Shown here piece after piece: positions 23,803 to 37,766 of a stretch of DNA of 64,000 nucleotides. Below the pieces are notes generated by a model. It did no database searches, was not told the origin of the DNA, and saw only the letters and a program-made list of their open reading frames with translations. Each line of letters begins with the position of its first letter. The first letter of the stretch is position 1. Origin of the DNA: Octopus sinensis (Eukaryota); NCBI RefSeq assembly GCF_006345805.1, contig NC_043005.1, positions 25,110,001 to 25,174,000 on the forward strand. Direction: 5' to 3'. Both the position numbers and the translations under genes were made by a program.

Positions 23803-23840
<38 letters not shown>

Positions 23841-23841
23841 A

Positions 23842-23903
<62 letters not shown>

Positions 23904-23953
23904 ATTATTATTATTATATATTATTATTATTATATATATTATTATTATTATTA

Positions 23954-23992
<39 letters not shown>

Positions 23993-24076
23993 ATTATTAT
24001 TGTTATTATTATTATTATATTATTATTATTATATTATTATAATAATATTATTATTATTATTATATTATATTATTAA

Positions 24077-24122
<46 letters not shown>

Positions 24123-24166
24123 ATTATTATTATTATTATATTATTATATTATTATTATTATTATTA

Positions 24167-24200
<34 letters not shown>

Positions 24201-24291
24201 ATTATTATTATTTATTATATTATTATTATTAATATTATATTATTATTATTATTATATTATTATTATTATTATTATTAATATTATTATTTTA

Positions 24292-24323
<32 letters not shown>

Positions 24324-24376
24324 ATTATTAATATTATTATTATTATATTATTATATTATTATTATTGTTATTATTA

Positions 24377-24426
<50 letters not shown>

Positions 24427-24546
24427 TTATATTATTATTGTTATTATTTATTATTATTATTATTATTATTATATTAATATTATTATATTATTATTATTAT
24501 TAATATTATTATTATTATATATTATTATTATATTATTATATTATTA

Positions 24547-24577
<31 letters not shown>

Positions 24578-24734
24578 ATTATTATTATTATATTATTAAT
24601 ATTATTATTGTTATTATTTTATTATTATTATTATTAATATTATTATTATTATATTATATTATTATATTATTATATTATTATTATTATTATTAATATTATT
24701 ATTGTTATTATTATTATTATATTATTATTATTAA

Positions 24735-24769
<35 letters not shown>

Positions 24770-25048
24770 TTATTATTTATTATTATATTATTAATATTAT
24801 TATTGTTATTATTATTATTTTATTATTATTATTATATTATTATTATATGATATTATTATTATTATTATTAGTAATATTATTATTATTATATTATTATTAT
24901 TATTATTAATATTATTATGTTATTATATTATTATTATTATTATTATTATTAATATATTATTGTTATTATTATTATTATTTATTATTATTATTATTATTAT
25001 TATATTATTAATATTATATTATTATTATTATTATTATGAATATTATTA

Positions 25049-25089
<41 letters not shown>

Positions 25090-25113
25090 ATTATTATTAT
25101 TATTATTATTATT
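23444..25113. repeat. ~1.67-kb degenerate (TAT)n/(ATA)n array
   Basis: Directly visible, with many 1-bp deletions and TGT/TAA variant units. Confidence 0.95.
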
Positions 25114-26187
25114 ATTACATCGACTCCATGCGGAACTGGTACTTAATTTATCGACCTCGAAAGGATGAAAGGCAAAGTCGACCTCGGCGGAATTTGAACT
25201 CACAATGTAACGACAGACGAAATACTGCTAAGCATTTCATCCGGCGTGCTAACGTTTCTGCCAGCTCGCCGCCTATTGTTCACGAATATCCGTCTGATAA
25301 GGGTACACAGGCACATGCATTATAACGATAATTGCGCGCCATGAAAACCTCAAATCAAAATAAACAGTGCAGGACCTTGCAAGTGGGGCCCAGTTAGAAT
25401 TTTCTGCATGCCGAGTAGACCATCCCACTTAAAATGTCCCTGAATAATGGTTATTTAAGGATGATGAACAATACACCCATGTTTTCAGAGGTGATGTGTT
25501 GAAACCCAAAGAATTCCTCTCAATATATAGCTATAATGCTCCTCCAATACATCTCGTGATAAGAGATGCACATATCATCAGCCACTGATTAAGTTCAAGC
25601 AATTGACAAATATTATTATTATTATATTAGTGAGTGAGAGAGCAGTGCATGCCTTCAAAGTGACACTGGGGTAAAATATACGAAGCCCAGTATACCCATC
25701 ATGACTACCCGTCTGATAAGGGTACTCTAGGCACATGCATCACAACCATATGTGCACGGCATTGTGATCTCATATCAAGATAAACAGCGCATGACCTTGC
25801 AGATGGGGCCCAGTTAGAATTTTTTTCTGGTCGAGTAGCCCATCCCACTCAAAAGGTCCCTGAATAAGGATTGTTTAAGGATGTTGAACGAAGCACCCAT
25901 GTTTCCAAAGGTGAATTATCCAAACCTCCAAGAATTCCTTTCAGCACACGGCTATGATACTCCCCCAATACTTCTGCTCGTAATCAGAGATGCACATATT
26001 GTCAGCCACTAAAGGACATGGTCAACTTGTTGAAGTCAAACAACTGACAAGCAAATCTGTGGTATTGAGCAGAATATTTGCTGTAGACCATCTTTTATAC
26101 CAAGACAAAACAATGTACATGATAGCACTTCCAATCAGTTAAGATCAAAAGACATGAGAGTCACTGTCTGCTGCTGCATCAGGTCAG
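25114..26187. repeat. Near-identical duplicate of 22366-23443 (partial SINE plus two 556-bp-family copies)
   Basis: The only differences seen are four net single-base losses (offset 2748 at start, 2744 at end). Confidence 0.92.
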
Positions 26188-26198
26188 TATTATTGTTA

Positions 26199-26267
<69 letters not shown>

Positions 26268-26268
26268 T

Positions 26269-26299
<31 letters not shown>

Positions 26300-26360
26300 A
26301 TTATTATTATATATTATTATTATATTATTATTATTATTATTATTAATATTATTATTATTA

Positions 26361-26447
<87 letters not shown>

Positions 26448-26570
26448 TATTATTATTATTATTATTGTTATTATTATTATTATATTATTATTATATTATT
26501 ATTATTATTATTATTATATTATTATTATTATTATTATTAATATTATTATTGTTTATTATTATTATTATTA

Positions 26571-26616
<46 letters not shown>

Positions 26617-26686
26617 TATTATTATATTATTATTATATTATTATTATTATTATTTATTATATTATTATTATTATTATTATTATTAA

Positions 26687-26723
<37 letters not shown>

Positions 26724-26746
26724 ATATATTATTATTATTATTATTA

Positions 26747-26798
<52 letters not shown>

Positions 26799-26836
26799 GT
26801 TATTATTATATTATTATTATTATTATTATTATAATA

Positions 26837-26869
<33 letters not shown>

Positions 26870-27025
26870 ATTATTATTATTATTATTTATTATTATTATT
26901 ATATTATTATATTATATTATTTATTATTTTATTATATTATTATTTTTATTATTATTATTATTATTATTATATTATTATTATTATTATTATTAATAATATA
27001 TTATTATTATTATTATTATTATTAA

Positions 27026-27072
<47 letters not shown>

Positions 27073-27286
27073 ATTATTATTATTATATATTATTATTATT
27101 ATTATATTAATATTATTATTATTATTATTATTATTATATTATTATTATTAATATTATTATTATTATTATATTTTATTATTATTATTATTAATATTATTTA
27201 TTATTTATTATTATTATTATATTATTATTATTATTATTAATATTATTATTGTTATTATTATTATTATTATTATATTATTATTATTA

Positions 27287-27329
<43 letters not shown>

Positions 27330-27526
27330 ATATTATTGTTATTATTATTATTATTATTATATTATTATTATTATTATTATTATTAATAATTATTATGTTA
27401 TTATATTATTATTATTATTATTATATTATTATTATTTTATTATTATATTATTATTATTAATTATTATTATTATTATTATTATATATTATTAATATTATTA
27501 TGTTATTATATTATTATTTATTATTA

Positions 27527-27557
<31 letters not shown>

Positions 27558-27627
27558 ATTATTATTGTTATTATTATTATATTAATTATTATTTATTATT
27601 ATTAATATTATTATTATTAATATTTTA

Positions 27628-27658
<31 letters not shown>

Positions 27659-27704
27659 TAATATTATTATTGTATTATTATTATTATTATTATTATTAAT
27701 ATTA

Positions 27705-27735
<31 letters not shown>

Positions 27736-28052
27736 TATTATTATATTATTATTATTAATATATTATTGTATTATTATTATTATTTATTATTATATTATTA
27801 TTATTAATATATTATTATTATTATTATTATTATTATTTTATTATATTATTATTATTATTATATTATTATTATTAATATTATATTATTATTATTATTATAT
27901 TATTATTATTATATATTAATATTATTATTGTTATTATTATTATTATATTATTATATTATTATTATTAATATATTATTATTATTATTATTATTATTATGAA
28001 TATTATTATTGTTATTATTATTATTATTATTATTTTATTTATTTATTATTAA

Positions 28053-28083
<31 letters not shown>

Positions 28084-28118
28084 ATATATTATTATATTAT
28101 TATTATTATTATTATTAA

Positions 28119-28152
<34 letters not shown>

Positions 28153-28159
28153 ATTATTA

Positions 28160-28200
<41 letters not shown>

Positions 28201-28207
28201 ATTATTA

Positions 28208-28275
<68 letters not shown>
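26188..28275. repeat. ~2.09-kb degenerate (TAT)n array
   Basis: Directly visible. Shares rare variants (TATGAATATTATTATTGTT at ~25035 and ~27995) with the first array. Confidence 0.95.
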
Positions 28276-28495
28276 GTTATTTTATGCTTGACTTTTGTTT
28301 TTCTATTTATACAAGTTGACTCTAAGTCTCACCCAGAGAACCCAAGAGACAACAGGTTAGAAATTTCTGTTGGTGTTATGCCTAGGGTGCCATATCTTTG
28401 GTTTTGCACATAGGATTGTTTTAGAAACATAGAATTAAGAAAACATAAGAAAATTATAAGTTTGTTTTAAAATTTGAGATTACATAGACAGTATT
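28276..28495 (-). mobile_element. R4/Dong-like LINE 3' end fragment, same family as 28555-29751
   Basis: Reverse complement matches the last codons and 3' UTR of 28555-29751 (TCTATGTAATCTCAA...CTCTGGGTGAGACTT...AAAAGTCAA) and runs into (AAT)n. Confidence 0.85.
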
Positions 28496-28498
28496 ATC

Positions 28499-28554
<56 letters not shown>

Positions 28555-29750
28555 CCAGTCCTCACTCTGAGGACTGAATGTTAAAACTTGTCTCAAAGCA
28601 TGAAAACAAGAAAGCATCATACTCAGTAACAAAACAGGCAAAGGAATATCTAAGTGAATTCCGAATACAACAAATTTCGGAATTAGAGATAGATATACAA
28701 GAAACAGGCACAGAAAAAGCTAAGCGCATGAAAACCCGTGCTAAATCTGCGGCCTTAGATATTCTGAATGATAAATGGCAAGTAAAACCTCTCTATGGCA
28801 AATACCCAAAGAGAGCAAATAATGCAGATGTTGACAAAGCCCTGACCCATCAATGGCTAATGGCCTCTGGCTTAAAATCTGAAACAGAGGGGTTTATCAT
28901 AGCAGCTCAAGATCAATGCCTACCAACAAGAAACTACCAGGCCAACATATTAAAGATCAGAAGCAGTCCAACGTGTCGTGTATGCAAGCAACAAAATGAA
29001 ACCATTGACCATGTGGTCTCCAAGTGCAGTCTTCTAGCACCTACAGAGTATCACAACAGGCACGATAGAGCTGCACAATATATTCACTGGGTAATCTGCA
29101 AAAACCTGGATTTGCCCCATGAAAAAAACTGGTGGGAACACAAACCACCCCCAGTGCTTGAAAATGATCACATCTCACTCCTCTGGAACTTCACCATTCA
29201 AACTGACAGAAAGATAGATGCAAATAGGCCAGACATCATATTGAAAGACTTCAAACAAAGAACATGCCTCCTCATTGATATGACTGTCCCAATCGATATA
29301 AACGTATCTGACAAGACCTACCAAAAACTGAGCAAATATAAAGATCTTGAAATAGAAATCAGCAAAATGTGGAACCTGAAGACTAAAACAATACCTGTTG
29401 TCATAGGTGCCCTGGGAATGATAGCAAAAGGGGCTGATAACTACCTAACTCAGATACCAGGAAACCCCAAAATGGCAGAAATTCAAAAGATAGTGCTCAT
29501 GGGAACTGCTCATATCCTACGCAAAATACTTTCTATGTAATCTCAAGGTTTAAAACAAACATAATTTTCGGTTTAAAAAAAAAAAAAAAAAACTTTTTTT
29601 TAGACATTCATTAGTACAACACCCCCACCCCCCAAATATATGGCACACTAGGCATAACAACAACATGAACTTCCAACCCTGTTGTCTCTTTAGGTCTCTG
29701 GGTGAGACTTGGAGCCAACTTGTACAAATATAAAGCAAAAGTCAAACATA

Positions 29751-29751
<1 letters not shown>
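28555..29751 (+). mobile_element. 5'-truncated R4/Dong-clade (RLE) non-LTR retrotransposon between two (AAT)n runs
   Basis: (AAT)n at 28500-28554 and 29752-29802. Coding region has R4-type motifs (see 28578-29540). Confidence 0.9.
28578..29540 (+). CDS. R4/Dong ORF C-terminal portion: CCHC zinc knuckle and restriction-like endonuclease (no RT)
   Basis: 320 open codons: LKSETEGFIIAAQDQCLPTRNY, CRVC...ETIDHVVSKC, RHD, NRPDII...LLIDMTVP...KLSKYKDL, IPVVIGALG, MGTAHILRK. Confidence 0.85.
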   Translation: MLKLVSKHENKKASYSVTKQAKEYLSEFRIQQISELEIDIQETGTEKAKRMKTRAKSAALDILNDKWQVKPLYGKYPKRANNADVDKALTHQWLMASGLKSETEGFIIAAQDQCLPTRNYQANILKIRSSPTCRVCKQQNETIDHVVSKCSLLAPTEYHNRHDRAAQYIHWVICKNLDLPHEKNWWEHKPPPVLENDHISLLWNFTIQTDRKIDANRPDIILKDFKQRTCLLIDMTVPIDINVSDKTYQKLSKYKDLEIEISKMWNLKTKTIPVVIGALGMIAKGADNYLTQIPGNPKMAEIQKIVLMGTAHILRKILSM

Positions 29752-31085
<1,334 letters not shown>

Positions 31086-31334
31086 GTCTTTGCACAGCTT
31101 CTAATGCTGGAGATGTAGTACGGTGTCAGCTGTTCATTACCAGTGAACTAAAGTAACACCCTCTATTTTTCGAGCACCATCTGGAGTATTCGCGCGCTTC
31201 TAAGTAGTGTTGTTTTCTGTAAGTGCTCTACCCTTATTGCAGTCCCTATTTTTTTCATGCACTTCTCAAGATTTTTACTCACTGTTCCCAGGTCTCCGAC
31301 AATTATTGGTACTACTGCTCCCTTTTTCATCGAC
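31086..31334 (-). mobile_element. R4/Dong-like 3' fragment (third family)
   Basis: Minus: VVPIIVGDLGTVSKNLEK...VEHLQKTTLLRSARILQMVLEK*, short UTR, (AAT)n tail. Confidence 0.8.
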
Positions 31335-31335
31335 G

Positions 31336-32240
31336 TATGATCTTATTCCTGGTGGGATTTATGCGGGTAGCGGGTTATTACCCGTAATCTTAGGTATCCA
31401 CAATATTTCAATAGCCTTTCAAGTGCTTAGAACTCTCCTGATAATCATTCCTGTTCCTATGAGGCAAACTTTCTGTAGAAGGTCAACAGAACGTTCTTTC
31501 CCATTCTCCTTCAACCATTTGTCTATACCTTTGCTTACAATTCCCTATGCACCATTTATTATAAGTACAGCATTTACAGTTTTCATATTCCAAATTCTTG
31601 TAATTCAAAATTTTAAGGGATTGAATATTTTCGTCTTCTTTCTTTTTTCGATCCTAGAATCAAACGGACAGGATGGATCAATTAGCAGGCAACTTAGTTT
31701 TTCCTTGTCTATTATTGTTATATTCCGTTTGAATCGGAAATTCCCACAGAATCTTACAATTCTCCGACTCCAGCACTCTTTCAACCCGATGTTCATACCA
31801 TGTGTTTCTAGCTTCAAATCCCTATTTCTGGCAAAGCTTCCGGTGTAAAACCTCTGCGACATGGGAGTGCCTCCATTTCTTATATTCTTCTTGTGCCAAC
31901 TTGGGACACACTGCAACAATTTGTGGTACTATCTGGTTCCAAGTTTCAGAGACTCTACATTTTTCTGACATATTCGTCCCACATACATCTTTCCTCAAGT
32001 TCTTTGTTTTAATCGTTTGATCTTGGGCTGCTACAATTAGGCTCTCTGCTTTTTTTAATTGCCTTGTTCTTTTTTAACCAAGTCCAAGATATTATTCTTC
32101 ATACATCTTCAGAGACTCTCTGAAAATTGACTATGCAGAGATTTCGCTTCAATTTGTCTCACGTGCTCTCTTTGAATTTCATTCTTGTCCTTTCCCCCTA
32201 TTCCACACTTGATCACCTGCTCCTTATTCCTACATGCAAG
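31336..32240 (-). mobile_element. Degenerate R4/Dong-like 3' fragment (fourth family)
   Basis: Minus, with frameshifts: AESLIVAAQDQTIKTKN, KCRVSET...CPKLAQEEYKK, WNMKTV...LLQKVCLIGTGMIIRRVLST*. Confidence 0.75.
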
Positions 32241-32244
32241 ATAT

Positions 32245-32785
32245 ATTAGACTGTCGGAAAGGAAAAATTCCTAACATCTAAATAACCTTAGATGCTAAAA
32301 ACTCTCCTAAGTATTCTAGCTGTCCCTGCTTTCTGGAGCTGCTCTAAAATAGGTTTTATGTCTATCACCTTTATCTATGTGTTCAAATTTTTAGAGATAG
32401 TTCTTAATGCACATGTAACTACAGGGAAACATTTTGCCTGCACTTTCCATAGCCTCTCTAGCTCAATGGCCAGGTCTCGATTCCTCTCATATTGACTTTC
32501 TGTTCAGTTAGAACTGTAAAGTCAATTATCTGGCACTTTCTATTCTCTTTATCTATTAAATCAGACCTTCTAACCTCTATAACTCTGTCAGTCTGAATGT
32601 TAGAATCCCACAATATTTCATATTTCCTGCTGTCCAGCATTTTACTAGGTTCATGTTCATATCATTTATCAGTATGTTCAAATTCTAGCTTTCTACATAA
32701 CTCCCAGTGGATTACTCTCCCTAGGTTATCAAGCCTTTTATGGTATTCTTTCTCTGCCAGAATATAACAACATTCACTATGTATT
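32245..32785 (-). mobile_element. Degenerate R4/Dong-like 3' fragment (fifth family)
   Basis: Minus: LAEKEYHKRLDNLGRVIHWELC, ILWDSNIQTDRVIEVRRSDLI, DLAIELERLWKVQ, QKAGTARILRRVL. Confidence 0.75.
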
Positions 32786-35447
32786 TTATATTTATGTTTA
32801 TTTAAATTCATATATTTACACATATTTATACAGAAGGCAGAGTGTGGCGCCTAGAATTGCCATTTGTTGAGATGTATGCAAAGGCCATCCATTTCCCCTA
32901 ACCCGCCTTTCTTCCATGACTAACTCATATATAATCCGAATCCCCAAATGTATATAATCACTGTAATTGCGGTCCATGTTTATTTGATTATAAACCAATA
33001 GAATATATATATTTATTATCAAAATGATATTAAGGTAATCAGCGATAGCAATAACAGATTTTCACGTTCTATCGTATCATTATTATCTCTCAGTAAATGT
33101 ATTTCAATGGCTCCAATATACCCTAATAGCAAAAATTACTGTTTATCAATAAACACTCGGTCCATACTTTAATAACCCCTCAATTTATCCATGAATCTGT
33201 ACATTCCGCTCTTAATTAGCTTCTCCCCTTTCATTTCTTGTCACATTTTTTCTTTCAACCTTTTTCTTCTTTTCAATTAATTCCATTTTTATTCGTTCAT
33301 TCTATCACTATCGTTCTTCATATCCATCCATCCATCCATCCATCCATCCAACAATTCCTCTATTGGTCCCTCTATTCATCTTCCCATGTATCATGTGCTG
33401 CTGCTTTCGCTCGGTATATGTAAGTGTATATTCACTTCTACGGTATATATGTTACTTCCTTGCAGAACAAAAATATAACATTAACAATGTAGATTCACGG
33501 GTGAATGTGTTTAGATGGGTGAATGTGTTTGCACCCATATAAAGTGGTTATGCATCTCTATAGCGCAGTAGTGGGTGAGATTATGTTTTATGCATACTGA
33601 CCCTACATACATACATACGTACATACATACATACAGACACACAAACAGACAAATAGACAAACAAATAGACAGACAGATAGATAGATAGATAATTACTTAT
33701 GCATTTTAGAGAACACAAAAAGAGTAAAAACTGCAAATACTTCGAAAACCTCTGTATCACTAATCGATTGTATCTGTAGGAGTCGGTTGGTTTCATCACT
33801 CTTGGAAAACCTCAGCAACCCAAGCTTTTATATAAATCTGTTGTCACATCGCTCAGTGGTTGTTCATCTGCGGTAATAAGTATACATGAAAATCTATAGC
33901 CGGGTTACAAGAGCAGCAAGTTCTACAGTAGTTCTCCACAGATGTTACAATCCTTCACACCGTTATCTCTTCCGCACATTCACATATGTACGATGACTGA
34001 CCTCTGTAAAAGTGCATGATTCGATTTCTCCATCCTTTGAACAATATCCAATCTATTGTATATGCTCACATTCATTTGATTTTATCACTGGAATGTTCCA
34101 CCAGCATATTTCTATTCCTAATATGTGTGCATATATTGTGGCTTTAGTGTGCCATGAGGATAATCACCAGGGTAAACCTTCTTACACTTTAGCTTATCAA
34201 TATTTTTAGCAACAATCCCACGTCTCACCGATCACGGTGTTCACACAGATGATGGTGTGAATAATGTTTTGACACAAGGTAATTCTTTGGAGTTACATCC
34301 TTCCTATTATTGTATCCTTCTAAGTGGGATGTGATATGCCTATCACAGGCCCAGGAAAGGATATTTATCCGGCTACGATTGCTGGTATATTCAGGGTACT
34401 CACCCACGAAACCTTTTCTGCTAATATTTTGAATTTTTCTTCTCAAAATTACTGCTCAAGTACGTCTGTGAACATAGGCCCACTCACATGAACTTGATTT
34501 CAAAATATAACTTTCACCGTTATGTGCATATCTTATGTTTCCGTACTGCCATTATTGTATCGAATCGCCAACATGTGCTCAGAGCCCGCAGATTGCTTGG
34601 AGGTACAAAGCGTGTTATAAAAAGCCTGCGTAGACATGAGTTTTTATAGCAAGAAACTATTACCAGTTAGTATCTTTGTAGTGTGTACATTTAGTTATAT
34701 TTATCACCCCCTTTTAGAGAAAAGATATTTTATACTTACAAAAACGGCTGGATGCAGAGGTGACAACGTGGCGGTCATAAGAGTCGTAAGATGCTACGAG
34801 GATAGGGGAAAACATACAAAAATGATGATTTTCATCATTTTTGGGCAAATTCTCTTGCAACCCGAAAGAAAATTTTGAGAGCACATGCATTTAATTTGAC
34901 GACTGTATTTCATGTGTATAGTTCCACTGATCGTGGGAATCAAATATCAATTGCAACGGTTAGAACCGACACTTTTAAGTGCAAGTTTTAAGAAAATACA
35001 TATTACATATTTTAGCATACAAAGTTGCAACGTTTAGAATCGATAATTTTAAGTGCAGGTGTTAAAAAATACATGTTACAGCAACTTGAGAATGCTGAAA
35101 TAATTGATGAACATTTTAACCCCACAACAATTTAGGCCAAATTTCGTTAATCAGTTAATCAAAAATCATATTACGCTTTGCTTGAGTAGCCTAGGTAAAG
35201 ATTTATTTGTCACAACCCATACTTAGGGCATATTCCATCTCTGTATAACATTTCAACAAAACCTGTTAAAAGCCTTAAAAGTAATGGCAGAAAATAACAT
35301 TTATGTGAGAATTTATTAAAAATTATCACTTTTCTTGAAATTCCAAGTGTGTAAATTGGTTGGATAGTCTTGGAGGAGTTAAAGTAACAAATGCACAAAC
35401 TCTCAAACACAATCATAAACATACAGAAATTGGCATTTATGTAGTAT

Positions 35448-35480
<33 letters not shown>

Positions 35481-35482
<2 letters not shown>

Positions 35483-35605
35483 CACGTGATCACGTGATCA
35501 CGTGACCGACCAGGCTATCAGATGTTGTTACACATCGCTGGTCACAATGCACTTCGCATTGTTTTAGCCTTCGAATGACGCAACCCCGCTGGCTAAGTGA
35601 GCAGG

Positions 35606-35609
<4 letters not shown>
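35481..35609 (-). mobile_element. SINE 3' fragment ending in (ATCACGTG)x3
   Basis: Short GC-richer island between (TA)n runs resembling a recalled cephalopod SINE 3' end. Tandem 8-mer tail. Confidence 0.45.
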
Positions 35610-35648
<39 letters not shown>

Positions 35649-36855
35649 CGTTATGACATGTGATTTGTGCTGATGAATATGATTGAGGTATCTTTCAACA
35701 TATGAAACTATTAGCAGCACATATAAATATGTATTGTGTCTATTAGATAATGGTTAGATAATGGATTCGCTGAGAAGCAATGAATTAGAGAAAACAAAAC
35801 GTAAATGTAGAGTATGTTTTAACACATCATAACTGAAAGGCTTATAGCTTTCCGAGCACTGTGTGTGTGTGTGTGTGTGTGCGTGCGTGCGCATGTGTGT
35901 CTGTGTACGTTCGAGCACGCGTTAGGATGTATGTGTAATGCCGTGCAGCACAAATGATTTGTAAAATGAAAAGTGGTGTAGTATTATACAATATTACCGG
36001 GCTTCTTATAGAAAGTAAAACCGATACAGAAGAAATCTGATACTATTCCCTTTAAATCATGGGAAAACGGTGTAGGATGAGTTCCGTTTAAAAATCTTTC
36101 ATGAAATGGTATTTTATTGTATTTCCACTGCTTGTTTCTTTTTTATTCCTTGCTTGTAAATTCAAATGAATTTTCCGATTTATGTTATTGGAATATAATT
36201 CTATTCTCACATTGTTGTTTAATTGTGCCGATAGCTTGTTTGTTAAAGAAATATAAAACATACGTAGGTGGTGTGTGTGAATACGTTTTTGTTTAATTCT
36301 GCTGAAGTTGATAGAGAAATATTAGTCTAATACAAGGTTAGTATGTTTTCTTTCTTTCTCTTAGATGTTATTCAAATTCGTTTTATAATTGTTACTCTAA
36401 ATCAGATAATCTTTACTGTTTATGTGGAAGGAGAGCGTAAAACAACAATGAGTATATAAATATTTATACAGCTACCCCTTTGCCAGTACTGACGAAATTT
36501 CGTCAACCAATATAATGTGTGCGTTTTAGCATTTAACGTGTTTAATTTATATATATATAGTAATACAAAAGGAGGAATTTCGATTATCCCCACCTGGTGA
36601 GTTGTAATGCAATAATATATATAATAATAGAGATCGCCAATTACCTCCACTTAGACTTTTCTATTTGTTGAATCATCCATTCATAAGCTTCTCCACACAC
36701 AACATAAACTAAAATATTCTTAAGAAAATACGAAATTACAATAATTTCAATGTCCTGATTAGCGAAAGCGAAACCGGTCGACAAACACAATATGAAATAT
36801 ATTAAAAAATATATTAAAACTATGTAAAGTGTGTACATTTTCCTTCTTTTATATA

Positions 36856-36898
<43 letters not shown>

Positions 36899-37440
36899 AT
36901 GTAAATAGGGAAAGAGAGAAAGAGAAAGAGAGAACGAGAAACTTACACTCATACCGAGACATACAGACAGACTCGCACATATATTCATTTACACAGACAC
37001 AGATACTGTGTTTTTAAGCATCACGTCCATAACAGATATCATCTGTGTACGAATGCCGCAGAAAATTTGCTTTCCGTGATGTACTTGCATTAAATATAAT
37101 ACATAATTATTTTACTTTTATATTGCTTCTGCTACCTATAACGAAAAATTATACATAAAACAAGAACAATCTTACAAAATCTGTGTAGAAAAAGGATCGA
37201 GTTCGATCGATATCAATATATAACTGGTACTTATTTTAGTAATACGTGAAGGGCGGTGGAAGAAGCAAAATCACTTCCGGAGCTATTTGAGCTGAGGACT
37301 GAAAGAGATGTAAACAAAATACTACAAAGAATTTCGTCCAAAATCTGACGAGTTTATCATATGCAGCCCATATGACAGAAAATACAATTTAGCAGACAAG
37401 TTTCGTACACTATACTATACGTTTGGGACGGGGTATTATG

Positions 37441-37766
37441 TACATTATTTACATTGGACGGATAGGTATCCTCATCTTGTTTGTTGTTATCACAACGTTT
37501 CAGCCTTCATCAAGTGGGTTCTAAAATCAATCACTCGGATTCTAAGTTCAATCCCAGGCAGGGACTTGAAAATATAACATCAACAGAAAAATAACATCAG
37601 CAACATAGCTTAGGAATGAGAACAGTGTAGCCCATTAGTCAAATAAAGAGTTGGGGATAGAAATTCTACCAGAAGACCTGATGAAGTCTGGAGGTTACAT
37701 CAACCGAAACGTTGTGATAGCAACAAAGAAGATTAGGACTTCTGTCCGTCCATTTTAAATAATGTA
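37441..37766. mobile_element. Inverted pair of Penelope-like terminal repeats with a hammerhead-like motif
   Basis: 37441-37515 is an imperfect reverse complement of 37676-37766. The plus arm has CTGATGA (37678-37684)...GAAACGTT; the minus arm lacks most of stem II. Confidence 0.55.

Noticed and set aside
35481-35505. Triple CACGTG E-box cluster as a regulatory site
   Set aside because: Better explained as the tandem 8-mer tail of a SINE fragment; no promoter evidence.
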